From the NCBI GenBank assembly GCA_043228905.1, contig JBHGNT010000001.1:35402001-35466000 (forward strand): a stretch of DNA of 64,000 bases, given 5' to 3'. Source of the stretch: Azolla caroliniana (lineage: Eukaryota > Plantae > Polypodiophyta). Position numbers and translations under genes: made by a program. Shown here in pieces: positions 51,401 to 64,000 of the stretch. How positions within the stretch are numbered: position 1 is the stretch's first letter; each line of letters begins with the position of its first letter. The notes below the pieces were generated by a model that was not told where the DNA came from, did not search any database, and saw only the letters and a list, made by a program, of their open reading frames with translations.

Positions 51401-54400
51401 TAATCATAATGGTAATTTTGCAACTCCTCTTGTCCTGCTTAAGATCATAATAGATCTCTGCTTCTCTTGAACCTCCATGAGGTCATCTCAATCTAAATTA
51501 ATAAGGGTGATTGCCGCTTCAACCCATCACACAGTGACTGGTTCTCATCCAACCAAGTCACTTGAGGGTAGAATTTGGAAGAGGTATAAGTTAAAATTAC
51601 CTCATCCAATAACTTTCCACTTAAATTCAGAAAAGGGAAAAAAGGTGCCAAGAGGCTGAAACAAGGACAAACCTAAGATTTCATTCAATACCCACGTATT
51701 ATATGCAGGATGGGGACATCTCTAACAATAAGGTTTTGGTAAGCAGAATATAGGATTATTGGAGTATTCTTCTATAATGGAGAGATCTTGCTATTGATCA
51801 TCTTCATGGCGAAATTAGCATATGTATATCCATGCACCGGTGCATCTCTCTCTCAAAAAGCAATGCATGTGTGTGTACCTTTCAGCATACATGCGTCATA
51901 ATACTAGAAAACCCTCAGTTTCATTTTGAGATATAGGTCTTGAGAAATGCACTTTCTTCTTTCTTCCATGAGATGAAGGTTTTAAGATATGTATTTTCTT
52001 TTTTCCCTACAGCTGGGAGGCAATTTCTGCAAACTCAACAATCCTTCTCAGACAACTTTGATAATAAAAATGCTCTCAAGTTCTAAAAAATATACCTCAT
52101 GCATGTAATTTGTGCACTATGACCTGATAAGCTATACTTCACAGACTGTAAGCTAACATCATATGTATTGATGCTAGGCCCCTGTTAAAGAGAAGACTAG
52201 TTATTAGGCCTGTACAATTCGAGCATCTGCTTACACAGAATCATCTATTAACAGAAAAAAAAACACTATCAAGCATCTCTTTTAGGTATTACAAAATAAC
52301 TAAGATTAAAGCACTCTTGCCTTCAATATATGAATTAACGTCCTTCGCATCTTATGGCATTTAAGAGCTGCGACTCATTATGATATCACAAAAGAACAGA
52401 CATTGATAAATAGAGATTTTGTCTTCAGAAAGAAAGGTTTTTCCTTTGCCTAGATGCACATATGTGGCACAAAACTTTACAGCAAAACCATTCAGCTAAA
52501 TTCATTTCTTCAATGAGAATATAAAATTTCAAGAATAAATTAGAATTCACAGAATGTCAAAAACTTATCAAAGCCAGGGTAAAGAAAAGCACATCAATTA
52601 TCAAAGTCAACATGGAGATTTATGATTGATTAACATAAAAAGCTCACTTTTAAAAGTCTATGTTAAAAAATCGCTAACTAGTATTTGAAAAATAAAATTA
52701 TACCCCTAAGGATTGCCAAAATGGAGTAAAATTTTAAGAAACTTTGAAGATCTAGCACTGACAGATTTGAATATGTGAATTGCTAGTTTATTTTCGTGTC
52801 AGAGGAGAAATAACCAGCATAGTACTAGAGTCTTACTTGTTACCAAGCCCCTACCAAATAGTGATGTACCAAAATCTCAAAATGTACAGACACCTAGAAC
52901 TGAAGGAGTGGTAAATTGAAACACCATCAATTTTCTGTACAGCAGGAGACATCAAATATCTGGATGATACCAATCTTTACATTGTTATATAATGAATGTA
53001 GATAGATGCTAGAATATCAATTTCTTTCTTGTTCCTATGAGGAAGAATTTGGCCTCTTCTGCACAACTTAATTCATTTTGGGAAATGTTTATGTCCCATT
53101 GTTGGACACAATATTCAAATTTGCATTGTCCACTACTGGAAGCTTTCAAAGTTTTATTTTGTTGAACACAAACTCCAAACCATTAGAATACATGAGGCCA
53201 AATATATTATTTTAAACGTGATAAGACCTTTCATCCGTAAGACTTTGTGTCAATCTTCAGAAATAGCATTTTCTTTAAAATTCCAAAGCATTCCCACTTA
53301 GGCTAACCTGAATACTGGAGATAAAATTGTGGAGGAAAAGGCACAATATTTGATGTTCCTCTGACAATTGTATCACAGATATGAAACTTAATGAAGTCAT
53401 TTCTTCCTCACCAATGCACTCACTTGGCCATATGGACACACCATTGTGTTCGTTTTTTCAACCTCCATTAGAGTCTTCATTCCATAAATTTTTGTGCGGA
53501 GGAGCAGAAAAAACTAGCAAACATGAGGAAAACTAGCTCGTAAGCTGAAAATTTTGCAGAAAAGCATCAATTGGTATTTGATATCCACTTGTCTCATGTG
53601 CTGAGTTTCCCGAAATCTTGTTTGAATAAGGAAAATGAGAAGGAAGAGTTAAGAATGGGATAAAAATAACATATTTTGTATAAAACAGCAGAATTCAAAA
53701 TCTGGAAGCCGAGGCCAAAGGGTCACCCCCAAGTGAAGTTATTGTTTCTGTAGCTTTTGTGTGGAATTTAATGTTTTTATAAAATGGCTTTTAAGTGGAA
53801 CATAAAATTTTGTTTGAACAATTGTTGTGAAATTGATTGTATATGTGTATGTGACTCTTCGCACTTGCAAAAATAGTTTTTAGAAAACGGTTTCCCATCT
53901 TCCAAAGCACAAACATGCACACACATATATATGTGTGTGTCTCTGTGTATGTATGTATTTGCTTTGATGTGTGTGTGTATGTGTATTTAGTGCTACAAAC
54001 CACTCCTCTTAAGGGAAAGGGAGTTTCGAAGAAGGCTAAATAGTCACCATCCACTAGTGATTAAGTCCCTTACACATGGCTGGTAATTTCCTTGAACCTT
54101 AAATTCTGTCTTCCCAGCTTTGTTTTATTTGTTTCCAATCTCTCGATTGCTTAAGTTTGAATATCCTCAAACTCAAGGCCCAAAATCTCCAAAGGAATTC
54201 CTGTTTCTAATTAAAACATAACCTCAACAGAGTAACACTAAATCTTTCCTCATGTTTCCACATTCAACTCAATATGTAAAAATGACCTACATGTTTTTTT
54301 CTGATTTGAACTCTAAACTCTCGAATTCCCCCCACCATCCCCACAATCCCTAACCTTTGAAGAGGTCCTGCTTTAATCACTTCTCCCCTCCCTTCCCTGC

Positions 54401-55497
54401 CGTTTTTCATAAATCGGGCATGAGATTATAAATAACCTCCTTACCACTATGATTCCTTGTGGATGGTTCTCCTGCCATGATCAAGTGTACTGCATTCACC
54501 ACCTTACATAATGAGGGCAATTTCCCCAAAATCAAAAAACATGAGGGAAAGTGTCCAAATTGGCCCTTCTTTGTATATTCTATAATGCTAATCTACAACC
54601 CATAACTTGATAGAAAATCTGATAAGGCACCAAAAGACGCATAAGGAATCACAACAAATATATTCCTCTTCGGCTCTATTTACCATGCATTTCAAATATG
54701 GAGTAACACATAATAAAAAGTGTGATGAATAAGGGTGAAATAAAGAATGATTTCAATGGATTCTTTGTTATCTTATACACAAACCTGAGCCACTAAAATA
54801 TAGTCACCATCTATCAAAATATGGTTCACCCGAGCTCGTGATGGTGCGATGTGCCACTCAGCTGGATCCAAAAATTCAAATTTAAGAGACGCAATATGGC
54901 GTTCTCGATATGCATTCCTATCACCACAATACTGGAATGTACCCCATGACACTTGTTTAGAAGGCCACCTCTTTCTACACACAAAAAGAACATGTCGATA
55001 TCTAAAAAATGGTAGGAAAATGAGCAATGTGATTTAACTTGTAATTTCTCTGAAGTGGTTCATGCAGGCAAAATGTGGTGGAACACTTAGATGCATTGGA
55101 TGATACATGATCAGAAAGTAAGCAGTAGAAATGTCTGTGACTTGATAGCTAGGACACATAAACAGCACCTGCATTGCTGCTCCCATATGGGGTCGACCGA
55201 GACTGCATCGCGCATACGTTTACATGACATGGCCATATTGGCGAGGTCTGTTACGTGCAGGTGAGAAGAGCATAACTGAACAAGACTGTCTAAGTCCAAG
55301 TCCAGTATACTTGTTCTTGCTTCTCCTACTACTTCCCCTTCTCCTTCTCCTGCTTCTTTTTCACGTCTTCCTTCTCCTGCATTTCTTTGGCTTCTTCCTT
55401 CTTCATCTTCTTCACGTCTTCCTTCTTCTTCTTTTGGTTCTGCTCCCACTGCCATGTTCCATGAATCATTATCATGATCCATAGAGATTGATGCCAT
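48490..55497 (-). CDS. F-box/WD40-repeat protein (At3g52030-like), about 525 aa
   Basis: Exons 55497..55169, 54974..54785, 52181..52096, 49843..49741, 49616..49399, 49328..49286, 49206..48971 and 48862..48490 (1578 nt, GT-AG, in frame). F-box-like ILDLDLDSLVQLCSSHLHVTDLANMAMSCKRMRDAV...IWEQQC. WD40 motifs: GHSAQITCM, TSSMDHTVRLW, GHVGPVTTL...SGGIDGTIRLW, TGGSRDSEVYVWD. Confidence 0.92.
50461..51076. repeat. About 203-bp tandem repeat, 3 copies, in F-box gene intron 3
   Basis: TTTCATTTC(C/A)GTAGATAG at 50461, 50665 and 50868. The units align over their whole length with moderate divergence. Confidence 0.93.
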
Positions 55498-57955
55498 TCT
55501 TGGCGTATGTTAAGTAGATAGAATGAATGAAGTGGGGAAGAGAGAAATTGGGGGCCAATTGGGTGGGAGTGGACGGACATCACACCCGCGCAATGTGATG
55601 TGTTATATTGGGCAGGCGGACATATGCGCCCTTCAGTGGTCTCGACACCCACAACCTACGCGTTGTTCATTCTTGCCGTTTATTAAGTAGAGTGAAATTA
55701 TGTAGTGGCGAAGAGAGACATGTGGGTCGATCTGGTTGGACAGACCAGACATCGTGCCTCCAATGTGATGTGTTTTCAGATAGACAGATCTCGACACCCT
55801 CAAACTACACATCATGAAAACCCCGAATGTCCATCATGTTGGATTCTGATTGTACGATATGATGGGGGAAGAAGTTGCTCCCAACATATCATGTTGACAC
55901 TCTTCGTAAATCCTTTCCGTCCATCCTATCGGCATCATCATTCTTATCATGGTTTCTCTTCTTCTTCTTCCACTTCTTTCTTAATTAGTGGTGTATTGAT
56001 TGTGAAAGTTGAATTACAACCAACAGAATATGATGTGTTTAGGGTCTTCTCCTATTGGCTCATCGCAAATTTCTATTTCTATTTAATTTTACCATTATGG
56101 ATCTATGAAGTCCCATGGGATAAAGGTCAATGCAAATGGCATACATGATTGCCTTGCCAACCTAAAATTACTCAATTCCTCCTTGAAAATTTCCCTAAAG
56201 TTTAACAAGGTTTTTCTCCCTCCCTCCCTCATTAACATTTGAGGTTTGTTCCTTTGTAGGTTGTTAGTTCAATTCTGCAACCAATAATTGTTAGAATTTT
56301 GTTTTCATGATAGTATTACCCCCCTTCGTTAGAGTGTCAACAATAAGAGTTGTTTTTATTCTTGTTTTTATTCATGGCCATGTGTGGGCAAAACCAATAA
56401 CATTGAGTTTACATTCACAAGCATAACAAGGAAGTCTTCTTTTCTTGGTTCATGAGTAGTAATCGCCTCTACTATTTTGTATGTCATTCAAAACAACAAG
56501 ATATTAAATCTTTTTTTTGAGTAAATTTTCACAATGTAAACGTAGTTAAGTCTCTTGATAAGAGAGAATAAAAAGTCTTTACCTTGGGGAATTCGATAAC
56601 ACTGATAAGATCTTAGTCTATGTCTTCAATGAAGCTTTGATGTCATCACAATCACAAGGAATCCTTGTGAAGATATGAAAAGTCCAGTTGCTTCAACATC
56701 AAAAAAAAAACTTCCAAGTCATTTGGTAGTAGATTTGCCTTTTGAGAATTACATTTTCACCATATAATTTGTTTTTTCAATTATAAGAGAAAATGTTTCC
56801 CAACTATCATCTTTTCAATTGCATACAAATTCCAAGCGTGGCTTCCATACGTTTAGTATTGTAGTTCTTCTCTGTGTTGCAACACTTTGTAGATCCATCA
56901 ATGACATATTCATCACTAATAACATCTTCCTACGAAAGCTAGAAGAGAGATAAATCATTACAATCAATGACTAGGTTCCTAACAATAGATGGACTACTCT
57001 TGACTCATACGTGTGCAATACAAAAGATTTTTCACCCATTGAGTCATCTTCTTACTAATGATGGACTAATGTCTAGAAGGGGAATGGGGATGGTATAACT
57101 CTTCTCCCACTTCCTTAATCAATAAACTCAAGGACGTATCAAGCATTGTCTCATCTGTAAATCAAATCAACGGATCATTAGGTTCGAGTTGACTTGTAGA
57201 CCAAAGTTGAAACACAATGATTTAGTTGAGAATACATCGGGCTACAGAAGTCACTACCATTACCATTAAGCTCATGGACAACATAAGGTGCATAATTTTG
57301 GTGATTTTATATGAAATACAGATAGTGGGCTTTGTACTCAAGTTATTTTTATACAACACAATAAGGGCGAACAAAATTTAGTCACAAGCTATATATAAGA
57401 TTATGTTTCTTGGCATATTTCTCTCTTTCTCCCTCAACATTATTCATATTATATGTTTCATTCATACTTTGCTTGAACAATCGTTATTATAGCGAACCAA
57501 AACCCAAAATTGTATGTGTTGACATGGAATACAAGGGTATATGAGTCGATGGAGATGTCACGAACGGGTCCAAGATGTCATGAATCGTTGACTGAGCTCG
57601 CTCTCAGTCTCTCCCTTGTATTCTCTTCACGTTATTTGGTTTCAACATGTCGTCAATCCCATGTCTTCCTCAGTGTCTAACAGTTACAGACTGTATGTAT
57701 CAATTACTCCAAAACTTCCATGGCCAGTGTCAATGTAGATACTCTGAATTAGAGTGAGTCATCAGGTGACAGACGTACATGGCCTAGAGCATAGTACGTA
57801 ATATACTCGAATGCACCGGGAAACATTCTCTTTCATACGAATGAGTATGTTATAAAAACATTCGTATGTGTTTTTTTACACATTTTTACCTGTACTTACC
57901 ATGCTTCGAGGGTATTTACCATACTCGAATGATTGAAACATTCTCGAAGTTTGCT

Positions 57956-57964
57956 TTAGGGTTT
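57956..57964 (-). promoter_or_regulatory. Telo-box (AAACCCTAA) upstream of the UBA2-like ATG
   Basis: TTAGGGTTT lies about 85 bp before the ATG. Telo-boxes are typical near the start of plant RNA-processing and translation genes. Motif match only. Confidence 0.5.
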
Positions 57965-58047
57965 TATATCTCCCTTCCAGAAAAGAACGCGCGCACACAC
58001 ACAGACACAGACACGGACCTTCTATCCTCCCTCACCCTCTCTGTTCC

Positions 58048-59373
58048 ATGGAATCAAACAAGAAGAGGAAATCAGCCGAGGCCACACGTACCACCAGAGA
58101 AACAGAGGAAGAAGAAGAAGATGATGATGAGGAGGAGGAGGAGGAAGAGGAAGAAGCAGGAGATGATGGCGATGAAGAGCGGGGTGAGATATCCGGAGAT
58201 GAAGTGCGCGCGTTGATTGAGCCGTTTACAAAAGAACAGGTGATGGACATTCTACAGGAGGCGGCCATCGCTGACCCCAAGGTTTTGTCCAAGATTCGGA
58301 AGATGGCAGACAAAGACCCTGCCCATCGGAAACTCTTTATACGGGGCCTCGGTTGGGAGGTGACTGCTGACACCCTCAAATCCGTTTTCTCTCGATATGG
58401 GTCCATTGAGGATTGCTCCGTCATCCGTGACAAGAGTACAGGTAAGAGCAAAGGCTATGGTTTTGTAACTTTCAGACACATGGATGCAGCCCGCAGAGCT
58501 CTTGTCGAACCTAGCAAAACAATCGAGGGTCGTGTCACCATCTGCCAATTGGCTTCAGTCGGGCCCTCATTGCCATCTAGTGATCACAGTGGCCGGAAAA
58601 TCTATGTGGGCAACGTGCCACAAGATGCCACCGCAGATAGCCTTCTCCCAGTGTTCTCTCAATATGGGGATATTGAAGAAGGGCCCATTGGATTCGACAA
58701 GAAGACAGGCAAGTCGAAAGGGTATGCTCTGATCATCTACAAATCAGCCGATTCAGCAAGGAAGGCACTCAAAGAATCGAACAAGGTGATAAATGGACAC
58801 ACAGTGAATTGCAAGATGGCCACATCAGATGGTGGGCATAGCAAAGCCAAGCACGACACGCCTGAACTATCCTTGTCTCAAGGTGGTATGGGTATGGGTA
58901 TGGGTATTGTTCCTAGCAATAACCTGCAATACTCCGCCCTCTCGGGGTTCCTCCCATTGAATCAAGGGATGTTAGGACAACACTCAGCATTTGCAGCACA
59001 AGGGCTACTAGCATTGAATGCAAATCCTGGGCTAACGGGCATGAGCCCTTCACTACATCATCATCAAGCCTCTTTGGCACACCAACTGGCACTTGGCTCC
59101 TCACTGAACTCGTCATTTGGTCCGTCTCTGAACTCTCCATCACTGGGTAGTGGTGTATCACAAGGTCTATCACAAGCTTCTTTGTCGTCGTATGGGCTTC
59201 ATGGTTTCTATGGATCGCAAGTGGGATCGGGAGCATCTTCCCTCTATAGTAACAGTGGTGGTGGTGGTGGTCCATCCATGAATTCCCAGTCTGGACAAGG
59301 TTATCCATCCTCTCACCTCGGTCAAGGTTCAGGAAGCCGATCTCAGTCTCTCTCTGGGTACTTTGGAAACTGA
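58048..59373 (+). CDS. UBA2: UBP1-associated protein 2 (UBA2)-like hnRNP protein with two RRMs, 441 aa
   Basis: Intronless ORF with an acidic N-terminus, ALIEPFTKEQVMDIL, ADKDPAHRKLFIRGLGW, RNP1 motifs KGYGFVTF and KGYALIIY, EEGPIGFDKKTGKSKG, and a Gly/Ser-rich low-complexity tail. Confidence 0.93.
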   Translation: MESNKKRKSAEATRTTRETEEEEEDDDEEEEEEEEEAGDDGDEERGEISGDEVRALIEPFTKEQVMDILQEAAIADPKVLSKIRKMADKDPAHRKLFIRGLGWEVTADTLKSVFSRYGSIEDCSVIRDKSTGKSKGYGFVTFRHMDAARRALVEPSKTIEGRVTICQLASVGPSLPSSDHSGRKIYVGNVPQDATADSLLPVFSQYGDIEEGPIGFDKKTGKSKGYALIIYKSADSARKALKESNKVINGHTVNCKMATSDGGHSKAKHDTPELSLSQGGMGMGMGIVPSNNLQYSALSGFLPLNQGMLGQHSAFAAQGLLALNANPGLTGMSPSLHHHQASLAHQLALGSSLNSSFGPSLNSPSLGSGVSQGLSQASLSSYGLHGFYGSQVGSGASSLYSNSGGGGGPSMNSQSGQGYPSSHLGQGSGSRSQSLSGYFGN

Positions 59374-62300
59374 GTAAGTTCTTTTTTACTTGTTTTAACT
59401 AATTTATTACATTCTTTATTGTGGTTTTACAATGAAATTTTCAGGGATGTAGTTCCTTTGTATACTCAAGTTGTTGTAGCCTTAACCAGATTATCCTATC
59501 AGCGTTTTGCAGCACATCAATTAGAATACTTTCAACTTTCAACTGCTATTTTGACTAATTTGTTTCGTTTTCTATTTATTTCTATGTTTTGGCTTCCTTA
59601 ATTTACATTCTCGGCTTTCCTAAAAGGACTTATTGTTTTCCCTGACTATGCTAAACTTTTGGATTTGCAGTCTGAGATGCTCAACTTCTTGATTTCTGGC
59701 TGCTGAAAGCCTTGTTATATGGGACTGGATGCTATAATTATCTTGTTGGCAGCACTCGATCTATTATTTTCTCTTGTTGCTTGTGAGAGAATGGAGAAAA
59801 TTCTTGTCTTTGGCGAATTATGTATCTGAAAACCAACCTTATGCTTTTTTCTATTTTCGTTTGTTTGTTTCTGCTGCAAAAGTTGTTGTTACAGCTTGCA
59901 TCTTTCACGGAGGTTTCCAATGACTCTGGCTCATGCCTACTTTTCAATAAGCTTTTGGTTTTGTCTTGATATTCATTCATTTTTATGCCAGCAATTGGTT
60001 GAATCTTTTGGGGGCGTAGTTGGTTTTCTCAAAGACTTTGTTTTTATCATGATTGGTTCTCAACATTTTTAGTTTATTCATTCCGGTATACTTCACACAA
60101 TGATCTTGCTTTTGTTTTTCAAAATTTTCTCACAATGATTTGTTCAATCTTTTGATTTTCTCCCTATTTCATAGTATTTGTTCACTTTGTTTTTCGAAAT
60201 GAATCATTTCCATTTGAGGCGAGGCTTAACAAATCTTAATACAGGAGTGATAACTAACTTCTGTCTTGAATCCATGACCTTTAGAATTTTCAAGGAGCCT
60301 TGTGATGTTTTGTTTGTGTGTGGGACGTAATTTCTTCCTAGCCCTTGGGTAGGTTGGTAAGCATGCTGTAATGTGCATGTCAAATTTGTAGGAATTTTAA
60401 AGACCATTTGGCTGGAATTTTAGGGTAAACAGATCTAATATGCTCATTCGTTTTTATACTACAAGCTCAACCATGTACTGCAGTTTTATTAACCTCATGC
60501 CTGAGGGTTTGTTGTTAGACCTAAGGCAACATCATGCATATCATAGTTGATATTGCTTCGTCTGAATGCTGTGGACCTATTATCTATATATTGGAATCAT
60601 GTATTGATAAGAAAACTTTATACACAAAGACAGTCATAATCTTCTGGTCTTTGCATTTGTTCCGGCACATCTTCATCTTGTTTTTTTCTATTTTGTCTGA
60701 GAGTCATCTGTTTTGACATATTTATGAGTTGAACCAGGTTAATTTTTTTATGGAATTGCTGATCTTGGTAGTTGAGTTGGACCAAGATTAACTTGTAAGA
60801 TGCAACAATGTGTAGGTGTCTGACAACAGATTAAGTTAACAATGCAATGCTACAAGTTAATTAGTAAATGTAAAATTTAAACAATTCACCATCCTACTAG
60901 AATATCCCAAAATCCTAGATTTTAATAGATATATTCGTCATTAGATAAATAATCAGACATAACAAGATGAACACCTTTAATTCATCTCGAATGTATATGA
61001 TAAACCCCACATTAATAAGGCTGCCATGGATATCATACTTGAACTCCTTGAACTTTCTACCCACCATTTAAGTGTTGACATACATAAGACGATTGTATAA
61101 TTGTATCTGTATGATCACAGTGTACTTTGTGATTTTATATCGTACGAAAATGAGCCCGAATTTTGCAAAATAATGAGATGATTGATTGACTTGATTGATT
61201 GTTCAGTTAGTCAATTTTGAATCAATTTATATGGGTATGCTTAGCTGTTTAAATTTATTTATATTTTCCAAGATCCTTATTTAGTGCTATTCATGTAACC
61301 AATCTTTGGACGTATGAAAAAAACTGTGTGATGGCTCATTTACTGAGGAGATAGTGTACCGAGTTTTATGGTCTTTCAATATTCTGTACTGTGAAACGAT
61401 GCAATAATTTATTTAAAGCTCTTGTATAGATGTAAATACTGTGTGTTATATCCGAAGTTGGTAGTTATCAGTTATCAGTTATCAATATTTTGGTAGTCAG
61501 TTTTGGGTAAACACTAAAACTTTGAGGCCACTGCACTGGATGTTCGACCAGGGGCATTTAAGGAAATACAAATCATAAAAACATAGGGCCATTTGGGCAA
61601 GTAAAAAATCTGTTAATATAATGTAGAAACCTTGGGGTGTTTGATACTGTTTTTTAGATGTCCATAACTAATTTTATGCCTGCTAGCCTAATTTATTGTG
61701 CATAGCCTGCGTAATGATGTCTTAGTTATCACTTTACAAGCAATTATTCTCAATTTGGGTGCAGTAAGTATTATTCAAGTTTGAAGTTACATCCATATTC
61801 AAATCATAACATAAAAAATGGTACACTGAAAACTTATACTGGTTGCTCAAAAGTCATTCTTGTTGGCCAAAGCAAAATGACCAAAATAGCTTGCTGTTTA
61901 TCTTGAGAAGTATTCTAATCTTCCTTTTCTCATATTGTTAGGGATGTAGAAAACTATATTAAGTTTGTTAAAATTAAGGAATACTGGTTTCATACAAAAA
62001 AGGGTTTGCTTTAGCTTCAAACTGTTACTATGCCAAAAACAGGTTTGGTTATATCCACATCCAGAACATGGCTGATTAAAGCTCATAGAAAGAGCATGAA
62101 ATCAGTCTCAAAGATTACTGGTAAGTGTGATTTAATATACAAAAAACAAGGTGTGTTTATGATTGCTCTTTGGCTTGAGTAATGTTTGGACTTTTCTTGT
62201 AATCTTGGAACTTCTTTCTTGGCTTTTTTTTTTCTAGAGGGATATTTGGAAGTTGACTTATCGTTCTTTGAGGACTTTTTTTTATTGTGATCTGGGTTTG

Positions 62301-64000
62301 TTGGTGACTTTTAGCCTTTTTGTGATGTCACTTCTTTTTTATATCTTACTTTCCATGTTATTTGTGACGTTCAAAGTTCATTTGTGTCTTTACTGTTTTT
62401 TCAGGGCTTCCTTTTTGTTTTTACCATTTGTTCTTTGAAAGATGTTTGTGTTTCTACTTCTCTTTTATGGTGTAGCTTCTTTGTCATTTGTGAAATGTAT
62501 ATTTTTTGTGTCATTACTTGTCTTTTGTAGCATAACATCTATTGTTCTCTATCAATTATGACAGTGGAGTTCTTTTTTACTTTATTTTAGCATTTATTTG
62601 ATCTTGGCTATATTTTCTATCATGCATGACTTCACTTTGACATTTATTCAATTATGGCTTCGAATTTTCACAGCTAACAATGTTCGGTTGATGGCGATGT
62701 TGAGTAGGCGCAAAAAGCCAAATGAGCAAATCTGGGTAGCAACATAGGATGGAGAAGGAGACAAGTAAATGAAGAGGATGAGGCAAAAGAGATAGTAGTT
62801 AGATACAAGTGAGGAAGAGGAGAGAAAAAGAGAGATAGGTGGGATGGAAGCTCGTGTTTTCAGGGGAAAAACAAGAGCAATTTGTCTAAGACAATGAGGA
62901 GAGGGGAGATGAGGTTCATATACCTTACCTCCCAACAAAAGTGGGGGAATTCTAAAAATACCCTTTGCATTATTAAAAAGGGGTATAACACCTGAGCGTA
63001 ACTCACATCCCAAACCTAAGCTATTTAGGTTGAATTACTTTGTAACTTACCAAAACAAATTGTACATTGGAAAACACAAAATTGAATGGCAATGCATGCT
63101 AGTTAGTGTGTACTTAGCCTAAACTTGATGTTCCATCATAAAAACATGTTTAATGGCAAACTTAACCCATCACCCTTGTAGGTTTTGGGTGATCTTGCAC
63201 TCGAGTTTCATTGTTGTCTTTAAACTCTTGTTTTGAGATATATCATTCTATTGTGAGATGCAATCATGCTCTTAGTTGTGGGACACTAGTCTTGGCCTAA
63301 TTTACACTCTTGTAGGATTCTTGGAGTTGTCACTCTATCTTGTAGTGTAAACCTTTCTAATTGTGGGAATAATGGGTTTCCTTCTCACTTTTCTATATAC
63401 CACAATTAGTATGCAATGTGCCCAAATTTCTATATATGCATAAACTACTTGCAAGGATGTGTAAATGGTTAGAAATTTGTGTACCTTGTGAAAACCTTGA
63501 AACGGTTGCTTGCCATTTTGTAGTCTTAGTTAGCACATAGTAGAGGATTGTAATCAAGCTCTCTACTTGACCATCGGACCTAAAGTAATCCAATGTTCTC
63601 TTCCCATGTGTGACCATAAACTTACCTTAGTCAATGTATACTTGGTTGTTCATAAATTCAATGCGGAAAACCAAAACCTAATGTCATGTTTTTTTGTAGA
63701 AATTGTACAACAGCTCGAGTGTTTTCTTAGTGCAAGCTTCTATGGAGTAGTTACACTAATGTATTTGATGATGTCAACCTTCATTTTTTGAATGATTGCT
63801 AAGTCATTATTGGCATCATTACTTCTCACATCTCTTTACATCTATATTCTTCAAGAGTGTTGCCAACCACAACTAGGCTTGCAATATTTTTCAATAAATT
63901 GTAAATGATGTTGGTGCTTAAGTGCCCCTTTACTACTTCCACAATGAGATTGCTCAATTAATGTTTTCTCATCATGACCTATCAATCACTTGCTTAGTCC

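Noticed and set aside
53300-54570. Mutator/Harbinger-like non-autonomous element (GGGCAATTT-type ends, similar motifs near 24209, 36280 and 61550)
   Set aside because: I could not pair terminal inverted repeats or find a target duplication by eye.
1-59373. Functional gene cluster (repair protease, TGA, flippase, F-box, UBA2)
   Set aside because: The functions are unrelated, orientations are mixed and no shared regulatory signature is visible. It looks like an ordinary gene neighbourhood unless conserved synteny shows otherwise.

Overview
AT-rich, intron-rich land-plant nuclear DNA. The gene and LINE content suggests a fern or another non-seed plant, which is an inference. Six protein-coding genes could be reconstructed by hand with GT-AG junctions that keep the reading frame: (1) the 3' part of a Spartan/SPRTN-type SprT metalloprotease ending in a UBZ zinc finger (+, 2..2046); (2) an intronless acidic protein of an uncharacterised plant family, carrying a 39-bp TTAGGG-rich coding minisatellite (-, 4440..5657); (3) a TGA-class bZIP/DOG1 transcription factor (-, 16439..23764, 8 coding exons); (4) a P4-ATPase lipid flippase of the ALA2 type (+, 30352..46833, 24 exons); (5) an F-box/WD40 protein (-, 48490..55497, 8 exons); (6) a UBA2-type two-RRM RNA-binding protein (+, 58048..59373). 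The introns of the TGA and ALA2 genes hold at least 8 fragments of one non-L1 LINE family with a (TTTC)n tail, in both orientations. The window also has decayed L1 remnants, a hAT-type MITE, several tandem arrays and microsatellites. No rRNA, tRNA or CRISPR array was seen, and I found no clear new multi-gene system. The best leads are the plant SPRTN-type protease, the inverted intronic LINE pairs around exon blocks, and the telomere-repeat-encoded peptide repeat.
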